A DNA stretch of 64,000 nt from Marsupella aquatica (taxonomy: Eukaryota; Plantae; Marchantiophyta), in NCBI GenBank assembly GCA_973895155.1, contig OZ316897.1:9261832-9325831 (forward strand), written 5' to 3'. Shown in pieces: positions 13,374 to 25,279 of this stretch (positions are counted from its first letter, which is position 1; the number at the start of each line of letters is the position of its first letter). Under the pieces are notes generated by a model that was given only the letters and a program-made list of their open reading frames with translations, had not been told where the DNA came from and made no database searches. The translations under genes were made by a program, and so were the position numbers.

Positions 13374-13458
13374 CACTGATGAGACGGTCATTACGGCGGA
13401 AGATGGCCCACTAGAGAGCCGTGCATGGCCGACTTTGTGGAATCTGGCCGTTGAGGTG
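13374..13458 (+). promoter_or_regulatory. Candidate kink-turn RNA element in SNU13 3' UTR region overlapping a 5' splice site
   Basis: C-stem CACU/GGUG, 3-nt bulge GAU, tandem G.A/A.G pairs, 8-bp NC stem GACGGUCA/UGGCCGUU. Donor-like AG|GTGAG at 13456. Confidence 0.55.
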
Positions 13459-16375
13459 AGCCTCTTGGTGAAGTGGATATCACCCAACATGTTGGGAGGA
13501 TTAATCTTGACCCTTGAGGTATTTTTGTGTTATTCTGTCTCGTTGGTTCATGGATGATGTGGTTTTGTTGCGCTGTAGAAGATGCATGCTAGAAATCGTT
13601 CGATCTTTTGGGATAGTGGAACGAATGGCTCTTATTTCATACCTTTCTCTGTATCTTCATTATAAACTTCAGACAGATCGACGGATTTCTCCACATCATG
13701 ATGTCGATCATCATAATGACTCATCGTGGAGGGACTTGGATTGGTCTTGTGCTGGTTGCTATCGTCGAAATGGAGACTGAGCAATGGGGTTTATCGATAC
13801 AGCCAACATTAGATTGATAGGATGTCGCTTTCATGGGATTGGTTTCACTTCATGCCTGATTTTGATTACGGTCTCACCAGCGTTTGCTTGTTGGTAAGTT
13901 CTTCACACCTGGAGTATTTGTCGCTTCTCAGGATGGTTCCACTAGCCCAATTCTTCTTGCGTGATACGGATGATTTTCCTCGAGGTTCTATTTCTTAGCA
14001 GTGGCCAATTGAACTGATGTCTGCTGCGCCATTGTTGTCATCAACTGGCGCTCTGCAATTCATGAGTGCAACCCTTGTAAATCCTTCATAGGATAACCAG
14101 ACCTGAAGTCCATTTATTAAAATTGTTTGGTGCAGAATGTGTCTGCGCTTTACAATGTCAGCATAGGGTCTGGAGTAAGGAGGTGTTTAGTTAAGTTGGC
14201 ATTGATTTTCTCCCATTTTGGAATCTTGCTGATGCTCGCACGAGGCAGAAAGACTTGTGAGTTAAATTGATTCTGTCCTTTTGTGGAAATATTCGAATCA
14301 TGGATTCCTGTCCGACCACTGTTTCTGACTGTCCTGGAAAAGAATGGCACCAAGTGGCGAGTCACGTGGTTGTGTTGGGTATCCACGCCTGACTTTAATG
14401 GGCATCCTTCTAGTGATGGCTAAAGACATCGTCGGATTCGCATGTATGCCTGTATTGGATTTCCTGGAAAGGGTCTTCGTCGAAGATGATGATTATCAAC
14501 TGTCCTCTTTCTTCCTAGCCGTGAAAGGGATATAACAATTTTTTAGAGTCACTGCAGATCTTGTTAGAGTTTCTACAATCTATATGGTATCCACTAACTC
14601 AGATTCGTCAGGTTCTTTCACCAGATCTTGCTCCCGGCTAGGACTCAACAGAAAGTAATATTCAAAGGTTATAGTGTATGCAAGGTTATATAGTAAGTAT
14701 AATTGATTGAAGGAGTTACTGAAATGAGGTTTTTCCTGAATTGGAATACATGCATTGGAAAGTAGTTTCAGTTGATTTGGATTCAATTATTTTGGTATAA
14801 TACGACAGTTTCTAGAACTGAGCAGATCGGGAAAAAAATGGATTTTAAGTGGGAGGTCTTGTTATTTTTAAAACTTTAAATTGTTCTCAGAGCAAAATGC
14901 ATTTCTCAAGAAATCATGTTAGATTCAGGCACATTACAGAATCAGATTTTATCTTTTTCTATGAATTTTATTTATTCATAACGCTGAACTTATCAGAGTC
15001 AGATTTAATTACATTCTATCCATTACATTTATTCAGAGCACAGAAAAGTTTGGGGTAGAAGGTGCACAATATATTCATTCATGGCATGGAAAGATTGTAG
15101 GTTCATATTTTATTTTCACTCTCAATTGCAAGTTTTCAGGGAGCTCCATGACATGTTTTGCTCACAATGCATTCAGTTGGCTATGAAATAATTGGTTTGG
15201 GTGCACTGTTGCTAATTATTTTGAATGCTGAATATCTCAATGGTGAGTTAACATAATGGGAAGAAATTCAAACATTTGAGTCATCTCAACACTCGGTCGA
15301 AAATGCTCATGCGAAAATCCATGCTAAGATAATTTATCAAGAAGTGTCATTAACTAAATAAGAAATGGCTTTGCTTGAGAAGAGGTACTCGATGTCCATG
15401 CTAAGCTACAGTAGCTAACCAATGAAGGAGTGTCGATATCTGATATTGTTCCCAATGAATGCATTTTGTATCAAAAATGATGCAGTTTGTGCACACTGCT
15501 TCTTTCATGATTGCAACAGAAGGATTTCTGCGGCTCTCTGCACTCTTTCATCATTAAACAAAAGGATCAAATTACTCCTCAATTCTATATAGAATTTTGA
15601 TGTTTCCACAGACCTTGGATGAAACTCTGAACTGCTTTCCTTACACATTCCACCCTGCTTAAGCAGCCTGAAATGAACCCATCCAATTGCTGCTGTATTC
15701 CCACGTAAACCCAGACAGATGGATGATTACACAATAGCACACCAGCAGGCACAAATTGACATTGACAGTTAATAGCTGGGCTCAAGAACTCACTGACGGG
15801 CAGCAATGGCAGTGTCAAGGTGATTGCCGGTCAGGAGAAGTTTAGTGGTGGGAAGGGCCTTGGAAACCACCCATAAGGGATGGATCACTAGTTGGAATAG
15901 GGTGTCCCAAAACAGTAAGTAAGGTTGGTCCAAGTACATAAAATGATTTTATGGCTACCTAAATACATTTTTAAAAAATAGTTTTATGGCTACCTAAATA
16001 CATGCCCCTTAAGGATCAGAAGTCCTAAAACTGACAGCCATAAGCCTTTGCTTGTGGCAGTGCTTTGGCACACCCTAATTGCGCGCCCCAAAGGATCCAA
16101 CGTCCAAAAAGTCATAACCATGAGACCTAACCATGAGACCTTTCATTACGGCAGTGCTAGGGCACCTCGTAATAGACACAGTACTTGCTGCAAACCTGTG
16201 TCACTCTATTTACGGGTCATACTTCAGACACAGTTAGAAAAGTCAAATACCTGGTTCAACCAGTGTCACTCTATTTACATGTCATACTTCGGCCAGAAAT
16301 ATAAAATGTATTGTCCGAGTCAAATGTGAGGCTTAGCAAAGTGCGGGGGTAAGTGCAGGTGGGTTGTCAAAATTC

Positions 16376-16728
16376 ATCTGGCGTTTTGGCATGCTTGGGG
16401 GTCTGTATGGGCTTTCTTTTCAATGTTGGGCTTGATAAACAATACTAACCCCTCCATAATGCATGTAAGCCAGAAAATGCTCAAAAATTCACTTGAAAAT
16501 TTTAGAAATTAAGAGTTGACCTATTATGAATAACTAGCTCAATACATGGGCGATCTGGGAGTTTTGGCATGCTTGGGGATCTGTATGGGCTTTCTTTTCA
16601 ATGTTGGGCTTGATAAACAATACTAACCCCTCCATAATGCATGTAAGCCAGAAAATGCCCAAAAATTCACTTGAAATTTTTAGAAATTAAGAGTTGACCT
16701 ATTATGAATAACTAGCTCAATACTTGGG
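16376..16728. repeat. Tandem duplication, ~178-bp unit x2
   Basis: 16383-16550 and 16561-16728 are near-identical. Confidence 0.92.
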
Positions 16729-16734
16729 TGTCCC

Positions 16735-17125
16735 ATGGAAGATGTCATGGACAAATATTGATGCCTAAAAAATGACATTTGCAGAAAAGGTGCTGTTGCA
16801 TAAAAGGTAACATTTGCTGTACAGATGAAGTTGCTCAGAAGATATTGTGTGTGGAAAAGATATTGTTGCATAAAAGGTGTCATTTGCAGAAAAGATGACA
16901 TTGCGCACATGATGTCATTGTGTGAAAGATGTAATTTGTGGAAAAGATGTATTTGTCTAAAAGATGTCATGTGGAAAAGATGACACTGCACAAAAGATAT
17001 CATTATGTAAAGATGTCATTGCACAAATGACCCAACAAATGATGTTTGGGAGAAAATGTTGTCGTGCAAAGATGTTGTCATTCAAAGAAGTCATTGTGCA
17101 AAAGATATCATTGTGTTATAGATGT
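16735..17125. repeat. Degenerate ~17-bp minisatellite (AAAAGATGTCATTGCAC-like)
   Basis: Many recurring aaagatgtcatt/aaagatattg units. Confidence 0.75.
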
Positions 17126-18312
17126 TCGCAAGAATTATTTGCAAGGGTTCTTCACTTGATTCTTGAAAACTAGGCACAAATGAAATTAAAACTTATTCAA
17201 GTGAAGAATTTCTATCGATAATTTAGAGCGATTTATTCTCACAGCTCAAAAGAGTTGCCCCTGTCTCTCCCCTAAGGAAAGAAAACCACACCACACAACA
17301 ACCAAAAACAAGTAAGGCCTACTAAAAAGCCAAATAAAAACAAACCCCCAAACAAACTACCTTCTCACCTGAAAAATGGAAAGAGGTAAAACTTTTCTAA
17401 AAGAGTAAAACTATTCCAAAATGGAAAGAATACTTACTTTGCTCATCCTTTTTTATCCTCTAGTTGTCATATGCACTTACTCAGTTACTCAGTAATGATG
17501 GGGTGTAGGCTATACAGGTTTAGCTTGCATTTCCTGCACCCCATGTACTCTACTTTGGACACTTGTTCCTACAGAGCTATTTAATTTTATAGTTTGTCTC
17601 GTTTTATGATCTCACAGCCCAAGAAACCTAGAGTATAAATTTGAAGGCTCATACATTCCCTCCAAAGTGGGTTTGTAAATGGGCTATGACCACTTTTGGC
17701 AGGATTAGATATTATGGTAGTTAATTTTTCATTAAAGAAATAAATACAGGTGTTAAGTAAACTGTAGTTAATGCTAAGTGTATAATTTTTCCAGAATTTT
17801 TCCAGAATTTTTCCAAATGCTTGAAACAGAAATAATCATAATAGGTAGATCTCCTCAATTTTTAATTCAAAATTCATATCAACCGTGACAAATAAGTGAT
17901 CCCGCCAAATCCCTTAAGTTTACACAATTGAAAACTAGGGAGCAATACTCCCCAGTCAGATGTTGTTTAGGGTTACTTGAGAGGCTTGGATTGACTGAAA
18001 TGGGTACCTGTGATTCCCACTATGAGATAATGGGCTATGAACCCCTCAAGCTCACTCATTACCCCCAGTCCAGACTGGCTAGCTAGGGGGTAAGATGGCA
18101 GCCCTTTGGAGCTCCTTCATATATAACCTGTGATATGAATGGAAATACAAATGATGGAGTGGGGAAGATAAGGGGGGGTATGTTACCCTCCAAAGTCCTG
18201 CAGAAGGACAAAATAAACTAAAAAACAAAGATTTGTGGGAAGTGGAAGTTCCCATAGACACAAATATTTGATTCTGCAGCTTCTCAGATGGACACAAGCA
18301 CTCTGTAGTAGT

Positions 18313-20030
18313 GTTCAACCTTATAATTATGTCATGATATGATATAGCATGTTCATCTTGGAACATGCTTCATTTTTTGTTTTTTAGTGAAATGCAGGTG
18401 ATCTAAATTTTTTGTGGCAAATGTAAACAGAACATTGATTAGGAAGAGTGATATTGAAAAGTTGTGCACATAAAGTACAAGAGTAAAAGTACACATGTAA
18501 AGAAAAACAATAATGAACAATGAAAGGGAAAAGTTTAAGTTTATGGTATTGGGTTGTGCACATACTGTACACCAGTAGAGATACTTATGTACTTACCTTA
18601 ATGACACTCAAATTAAATTAAAACCATAAATTTAGGACACAAAACCATGAGTAGAACTTAAAGACACAAGGAGTGCACTTTATTTAGATCATTTCTTCTT
18701 CACTCATCAGAATAAGGGCTAGAAATTCAGTGAGCTTTGTTATAGGGTGGATGATCAAATATAGCAAAGACTAAAAAATTTCGAGGGGTGCCAGAATAAA
18801 TTCAAAATCTAAACTATACAAGGGATGCACCTTGGTAAGACACATTGAATTAAAAATACATAAGAAAAGAAGTTTGAATAAGACAAAATACTGGAAGGTG
18901 CATTCACCATATAGAAGTTTCATAATTTAGGGATTCAACCTTATAATTATGTCATGATATAACATGCTCATCCTGGAACATGCTTGCTTATTTGTCTTGT
19001 AGTGATTCTCTTTCAAAGAGAGGTAGAATACTTTCTCACTTTGAAAAAGACAATTACATTAACTATTGTACACTGTGTTTAACTATTGTACTGTGGGTAC
19101 AATATTTGTTGAAAGAGAAAATTTAATAAGTGAACATTTTAACCTTTAATTTTGAGCTGTATTTTTAGGGGCTCTTTATTCAGGTGACACTTATTATGTA
19201 TAAACCATAAGTATTGTAAAGTTATCAACCAATGGGGATATAAGCTACAGAGACATCCAATTGTTGTGTTCTAATTGCCGGGTTGAGCCTGGTGGAGGAT
19301 CTCTCCTTCTCAGAAATAAGGAGGAATTGAGCAGAGCAAAGTAGAGTCGTAAAAAGATCATCATTTACTCTAAAGTACCTGATTGAAACTAAGGCATTTA
19401 CAAAATTAAGGGGGTTAGAAGAAATAATATAAAACAAAAGCCTAGACTAGGTCAAATGCATATAAAAATACATGACAAGCAACATGAATAAGACAAGACA
19501 ACCAAAAGGTGTTCCGCCATTATAGCATTCTCATTCTGGAACATGCTTGAGTTTTTGTTTTGTAGTGATTTGAAAGTAAATAAAATATGAAAACATAACT
19601 AGAAGGATTGGTGCACAGTGACCAATGAAAAGTACAATCAAGGATACTACGATGTCTGCACTAATTCAATGTCCTCATGAATGACACTCATTTCAATAAA
19701 AACCATAAACTTAGGAAAGAAAGACATAAGGGGAACTTAAGACACAATTAGAACCATTTCTCTCATTCATGAGAATACTTTGTTCAAGTGGTGGAGCCTT
19801 TCGTTCATCTCTCATAAATCACAAACATTAAAATATATAAGTGGGTTACCAAAATAATTTCAATATACTCTAGAATCCTAAAATTAAAGGGGTCCATAAA
19901 TTAAATAAAAATGTATATTATACACAGGCTGCCCCATGATAAGGCACATTGAAATAAAAATATATGACACCAAAACTCTGAATAAGATAAAATCTGAACG
20001 GTGGATTGACCATATAGCAGCTTTCAAAAT
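18313..20030. repeat. Old degenerate AT-rich tandem duplications
   Basis: Shared blocks: ttcaaccttataattatgtcatgatat (18313, 18933), ggaacatgctt (x3), atgacactca..aaaaccataaa (18601, 19681), aataagac/taaaat..accatatag (18877, 19981). Confidence 0.65.
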
Positions 20031-20705
20031 TCAAAATTCCGCCATATAGCAGCCTCAAAATGATATGGAAGTGTAAGAGATTGTACACATGGTAACCGAT
20101 GGAACCCAACTCCTTCAGCTGAGAACTAAGGCTGCTTGGACAGAATACTGGAGGCATCCAATGAAAAACAGTTTATTAATGGAAATGCATGTTTACATGT
20201 CATATTTCTTCAAACATAAGGTGTAATACATGCTATGTTACACTGTCCACTGCAATTAGTGTTAGTCACACTAAATTGCATAGCCCTTAAAATTTCAAGT
20301 CATACTAATTATAGTTCACAAGAAGTCACACTTTTGGTCTCACTAATTGAGGTGTTGGCTTTGAATAATGCACATTGAGAATCGTGGCATAAAACTGAGA
20401 CTCAAGTGGACTCTCAATACAAAGTAAATATATAGGGTGACTTAACATACTTAAGTAGTGCGATTCGGGTTAGAAAAAAATGTTCACACAATTTACTGTG
20501 GGTCCCTCTATATTTGGAGTTACACTAATTATATATGCACACTATTTACGGTGGACAGTGTAGTAGATTTAAATGTCTCATATGTATCTATCAGGGTCCC
20601 ATCCAGGCATCATGTCACTACTCTTATGCCCAGGCATGTGAGTTTGACTTCGGATTTCAGTCTCCATAGTTATGACTTCCTTGGTGGTGGATGAGGGATT
20701 TCATT

Positions 20706-21625
20706 GGGGGTGGGCTGGTTGGAGCAGCAATGTTGGTGAGGTGAGCTTCATCCAACTCAATTACCCAACTCAATTACCCATCCAGCCCTTAATCTACGGT
20801 ACTCTCTTTGCATACATTGATTGGGGGTGGGCTGGTGGGGGCAGAACCATTTTGGCCCCAATGGTATGGGACCCATACCGGTGAGGTTAATTCCATTCAA
20901 TCCAACTACTCAACCCATACCCCGGCCCTTCCCAGCCCAGTCCATGCAGCCCCTAGTGTACCATACTCTCTTCCTGTACTTTCACAGGGGTGGGCTGGTT
21001 TGGGCAGCACTCTCCGGAACCAATAGTATGGGACCTGCTCTGGTCCAGTGAGCTCCATCCAACCCAAGCACCCTTCTGAGCCCAATGCTATGAGACCCGC
21101 ACCGGGGACATAAGTTTTGTGTACTTGGATTGGATGGAGCTCACATCAGGGCCGGAAGGGTGCTGCCCCTACCAACCCCAACCCAACCCAAAAATCTACG
21201 CCTTTCCCCTCCCAGTCCAGGCAGCCCTTCACTGGGGGTGGACTGGTAGAGGCAGGACCCTTCCTGCCCTAATAGGGTGTCTCAAGGTTTAGAGTTCACG
21301 GAAAAAAGTTGACCTGAATTTATTGGTCACCGGCCAGGAGTGTGCAAACACGCATTTTTGTGTCCGCCACTTTTTCCTGGGAATTTGTCTTTTACTGCAA
21401 CCGGAGGCAGAAAGGGGAGATTTGAGACCCGAGTCCTGCCTTCGGTTGCAGTAACCTGGACCAGTGAAGTGAGCTCCAACCAATCCAACTACCAAATCAA
21501 ATCCCCACCCTTCCCCGCCCCCCTTTAATGTACTAACAATGCTCCTGTCACGTACCCTACAATACATGGCTCGTCGTCATGCCCGGGTCGAGAGGAGTGA
21601 AATGGGACTTGCAAGAGAGGGGAGG
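20706..21625 (+). repeat. Degenerate array of GGGGTGGGCTGGT / GAGCTCCATCCAAC units containing copies of the 26341-26500 sequence
   Basis: Units start at about 20706, 20822, 20987 and 21234. Segments 20787-20815, 20893-20979 and 21478-21625 align to 26341-26500. Confidence 0.7.
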
Positions 21626-22089
21626 AGAGGAGCACTCTTCCAGCCCCAATGCTATGAGAGTACTTCCCCCAGTTGCGGAGAATGCCTAGCCGAGACCGAC
21701 TTTGGTGCTTTGGGTGCACCATACACGTTTTGTATACCCCACCAAAACTCGGTATTTTGAAAAACAGGAAAGCGGCCCGCCAGATCTTCCCTCATGCACG
21801 CCAGTTTTGGCAAGTTTGGACTCGCGCTAGGTTGCCCTCTATAATCTCACCAAAAGGTTTCAACCGGTTGGATTGGTTCAGTGCTGGACAGGTGCATAGT
21901 ATCCATTGTACTGGAATTGAGAAAAGTTGTGGTAGACTGCAAGTATCAAGTGCAAGTTGTACACTCTCATGTTGATAGCACGAGCTCCACGTGAGAGACT
22001 CTGTCAAGTGCAAAAGCTCCGCAAGATTGCACAATCCACATCTCCCACTTCTTTTGAGAGTATTGTGGAGATTTTCAATTCAATATATC

Positions 22090-22949
22090 ATGACAGACGT
22101 TGACAAATCCAGAGGCCATACTTTCTCCACTATAGAGTTAAAATAACTATGTTGTTCTTATATGCACATTTCACAAGATTCCATTGTTGGAGGTGGACAG
22201 CTCAATCTCACCTTTTGGGATCAAGTGGGCAAGCACTACAACGACCACCGACCAAGGAGCACACAAGAAAGAGGTGCAAGATCACTCAAAAGTAAACGGA
22301 GCAAGTTGAAACATGATGTAGCAAAGTTTTCTGGCAACTATTCAAATGTCATTGACGCTTGTCACTTTGGTACAAATGAAGAGGACACGTTGACGAGGGC
22401 CAAGGAGCTCTATCAAGTGAAACATCATAAAGGGAATAATTTCATGACCAGTGGATCTGCTAAAGGACTGTCCAAGATTTGCAATGACGGTGGATGGCCT
22501 CAATTCCAAGGCAGCAAAGGGGAAGGCAAAGGGGAAGGGCAAAGGGAAGGGCACACTTGAGAAAGAGAATGTCAATTCACAGGTGCTAGACAAAGTGGCA
22601 TATGACATTGATCAAAGACAGAGCTGCCTTCAGCTGGGGAGATGGACGAAGGGAGTGTTCATGGTGGCGAACAAAGGCCTATGGGCAACAAACTTGCCAA
22701 GAAATTAGACGAATGCAGCCAGAGAATTGCAGCTTATGCACAACAAGACATGGTTCAAATCAACAACAAGATGCTAAAGTTGAAGAGCAAAGCCACCAAA
22801 ATTTGTTCACTTCTAGAGCTGCAGATGTTGATGGGGCCTGTCGGGAGTATTTCAAGATTGCCAGAGCAAGACAATTGCGGGATTTTAAGAGACAATCGGA
22901 GATGGACGAGGAGGAGGAGCAAAGAACTCTGAGACAAACAACTTCTTGA
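22090..22949 (+). pseudogene. PIF/Harbinger Myb/SANT-like (NAM-associated) ORF, decayed
   Basis: SYMHISQDSIVGGGQLNLTFWDQV...RSLKSKRSKLKHDVAKFSG...DLLKDCPRF...RPMGNKLAKK, with an in-frame stop and frameshifts. Confidence 0.85.
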
Positions 22950-23662
22950 ATGCCTATGCCAGTTCATTCAACCAATGATGTGGATCATTCAGGAGACAAA
23001 TCACCACCAACATTTCCCCAACAATTTGCCAACGACTTTGAAATACCTCTAGTAGTGAAGGCACTCATAATTGAAGACCCTCCAATAGGCCTTTCAGGAA
23101 TTGGACAGGCAGCACAATGCCAATGAGTTGTTAGACCTGGACAGGCTGTTGCATAGATTTTTCTTTTGGCATAGCATAACATAGGTTTTTGGGTCCCATT
23201 GTGCACTCTAGCTGCTCATATTTTGATTTAGGGTTTCGGTTGGCATAGCAGAAGTTTTGGAATGCTATTGCGCACTTTGCTCACCTTTTGAGATAAAATG
23301 TAATGCTTCCCTATTGGAATGTGAATATGTTTGGTTGTCAAATTCCAAATTTTAAATTGCAGTGCCTATTTTGGAAATGTGTGAATGTGACTTCTTTTAC
23401 AATGGGCCTCAACACCTCTCCTTGAATGGAATTGCTTCTGTTAATGGGCTTTTTGCTCTCAATCATCTTTTAAATTCCAACAAAATGTCTTTTCTTTTTC
23501 TTTTTCACACATGGACTTCTCTTTTTTTCATGCATGAGTGGTCCATGAGCATTGACACATGTACATGTACAATTCATTCAATGCCCTCGCAAGCACTGAA
23601 AGGGCAATTGAAGGGACTGTGAAGGACAGGTAGGGGACAAGTTGTCTCAATTCTCAAGGGTT

Positions 23663-23937
23663 GTGGCAAGACTGCATGACCTGATGACAGTGACAGTGAC
23701 AGTTGCCTAATCGTGAAAGCTCTCCGCATGTGAGAGAGAGTGGCAAGACTGCATGACCTGATGACAGTGACAGTTGCCCAATCGTGAAAGCTCTCCGCAT
23801 GTGAGAGAGAGTGGCAAGACTGCATGACCTGATGACAGTGACAGTTGCCCAATCGTGAAAGCTCTCGCATGTGAGAGAGAGTGGCAAGATTGCGTGACCT
23901 GATGACAGTGACAGTTGCCCAATTAATTGTGAGAGAG
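23663..23937. repeat. ~71-bp tandem repeat, ~3.6 copies, inside the Harbinger element
   Basis: Unit gtggcaagactgcatgacctgatgacagtgacagttgcccaatcgtgaaagctctccgcatgtgagagaga starting at 23663, 23740, 23811, 23881. Confidence 0.95.
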
Positions 23938-25044
23938 AATGGCAGTGGGAGGGTGGGGATGCATGGCAAACCACGGAAGGGAATCCAAGGTAGGTTTTGT
24001 TTTGGTTATTAAAGAGTGAGCAGGGCTTTCGTTGCTTCTATACCATTTGCAAGGGATAATACGTTTTAGGCTTGGGTGACAGGAGGCTTCAAACCATCAA
24101 TTAGGCTTGCCTGTAGGCTCTCAATATTGCATTCAGGCTCCAGGTCTTGCTCCAATCTCGTAGTCATATTGCATTCACATAGGTGTTCAAGCTTGCATTG
24201 ACGCTTGTCTTTAGGCTACCATTGACAGTTGCATTGCTCCTCACCTTGTTTTGCTCCATGGCTCCTCAAACTTGACAGGCTGCAGCTGCTGCTAAAAAGG
24301 ATGGTCATAAAGCTTCTCGACTGAAGGTAACAATGGTGGTAGAGGTTGATCCTGATGCAACATCTTTGCCTAATCCAACTGGGTGGGAGATGGTTGTGCA
24401 TCAAGGTGCAGGTCAACAAGAGACAGGTCAATCTTCAAGAGACACCTTTTGAAGATCCACCTTCTGAAGAGGAACGTATCGCCAAGCCCGGGGCCAAGCC
24501 AGCTCCTGTAGAGGACTGAAATGCAATTGCTCACAATTTATGGAGGGAATTATGGCGCCCAATGACTGAAGAGACGTGACGTCTCAAAATGAAGAGGCAA
24601 AGGGCTGCTACCAGGCCCGCTAGCAGGAGAGCCAAAGAGGAGAGGGAGAGGGAGGAGGAAAGAGAGAAGGCAGCTCAAGAAAGAGCACACAACAGTGATG
24701 GGAGCTCAGGCGATAACATGTTCTATGATGGATATCATTGGCAACAACTGTCTGACTAGGACCTGTAGCTTGCAGGCATCAACCATACATTCCATGCCAA
24801 GCACACAGAGTCAATTTTGATAGGTCTAAACTTATTTTAGTAGACCAGCTATAAAGATTGACAAGTTGTATTAGGGCAGATCGAACATGCTCACATGTTC
24901 AAAAAATTTGCAATAAATGACTCGAATCACTTCCAAAATGGAGTTAATTTATTGTCAAAATGTTTGAGTAGTACATTGGAGGGCATTTGCAATCACAATA
25001 CAATTTTTCTTCTTTCTGTCTACTTCTTCCTATTCTACTTCTCA

Positions 25045-25255
25045 TCATTCTTGATTGCCTACATATTCAAATGTATGCCGCTTTCCTTTCAAATCCCACA
25101 GATGTGCCACTAGATCATTTCTCAACATGAAATGACTCTCCGTGTCTTCAATTATCCGGTGGGCATTCAAGTGTTCCCTCCAATCATCTTCTGCCACCTC
25201 AAGAACTTGCCCTCTCACTGAAATCCCAATCATCTGGCCAAGTCACCCCCGAGCC
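25045..25255 (-). pseudogene. C-terminal fragment of the Harbinger transposase
   Basis: HRIIEDTESHFMLRNDLVAHLW matches the plant Harbinger transposase C-terminal H..LR.DL..HLW motif. Confidence 0.8.
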
Positions 25256-25279
25256 GAGAGCAAGGCCATGAAGGCATTT

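Noticed and set aside
13376-13456. Hammerhead or SECIS reading of the SNU13 3' element
   Set aside because: The stem is followed by GAGG, not GAAA, and has no stem III/UH. A SECIS is unlikely because the AAR motif is not at the expected spacing, the TGA is at the normal Snu13 C-terminus, and land plants lack Sec machinery.
23663-23937. Tandem hammerhead ribozymes (CUGAUGA...GAAA in each 71-bp unit)
   Set aside because: No stem II closes between the core segments (no G10.1-C11.1 pair), and no U-H cleavage triplet is positioned after stem III. Treated as chance.
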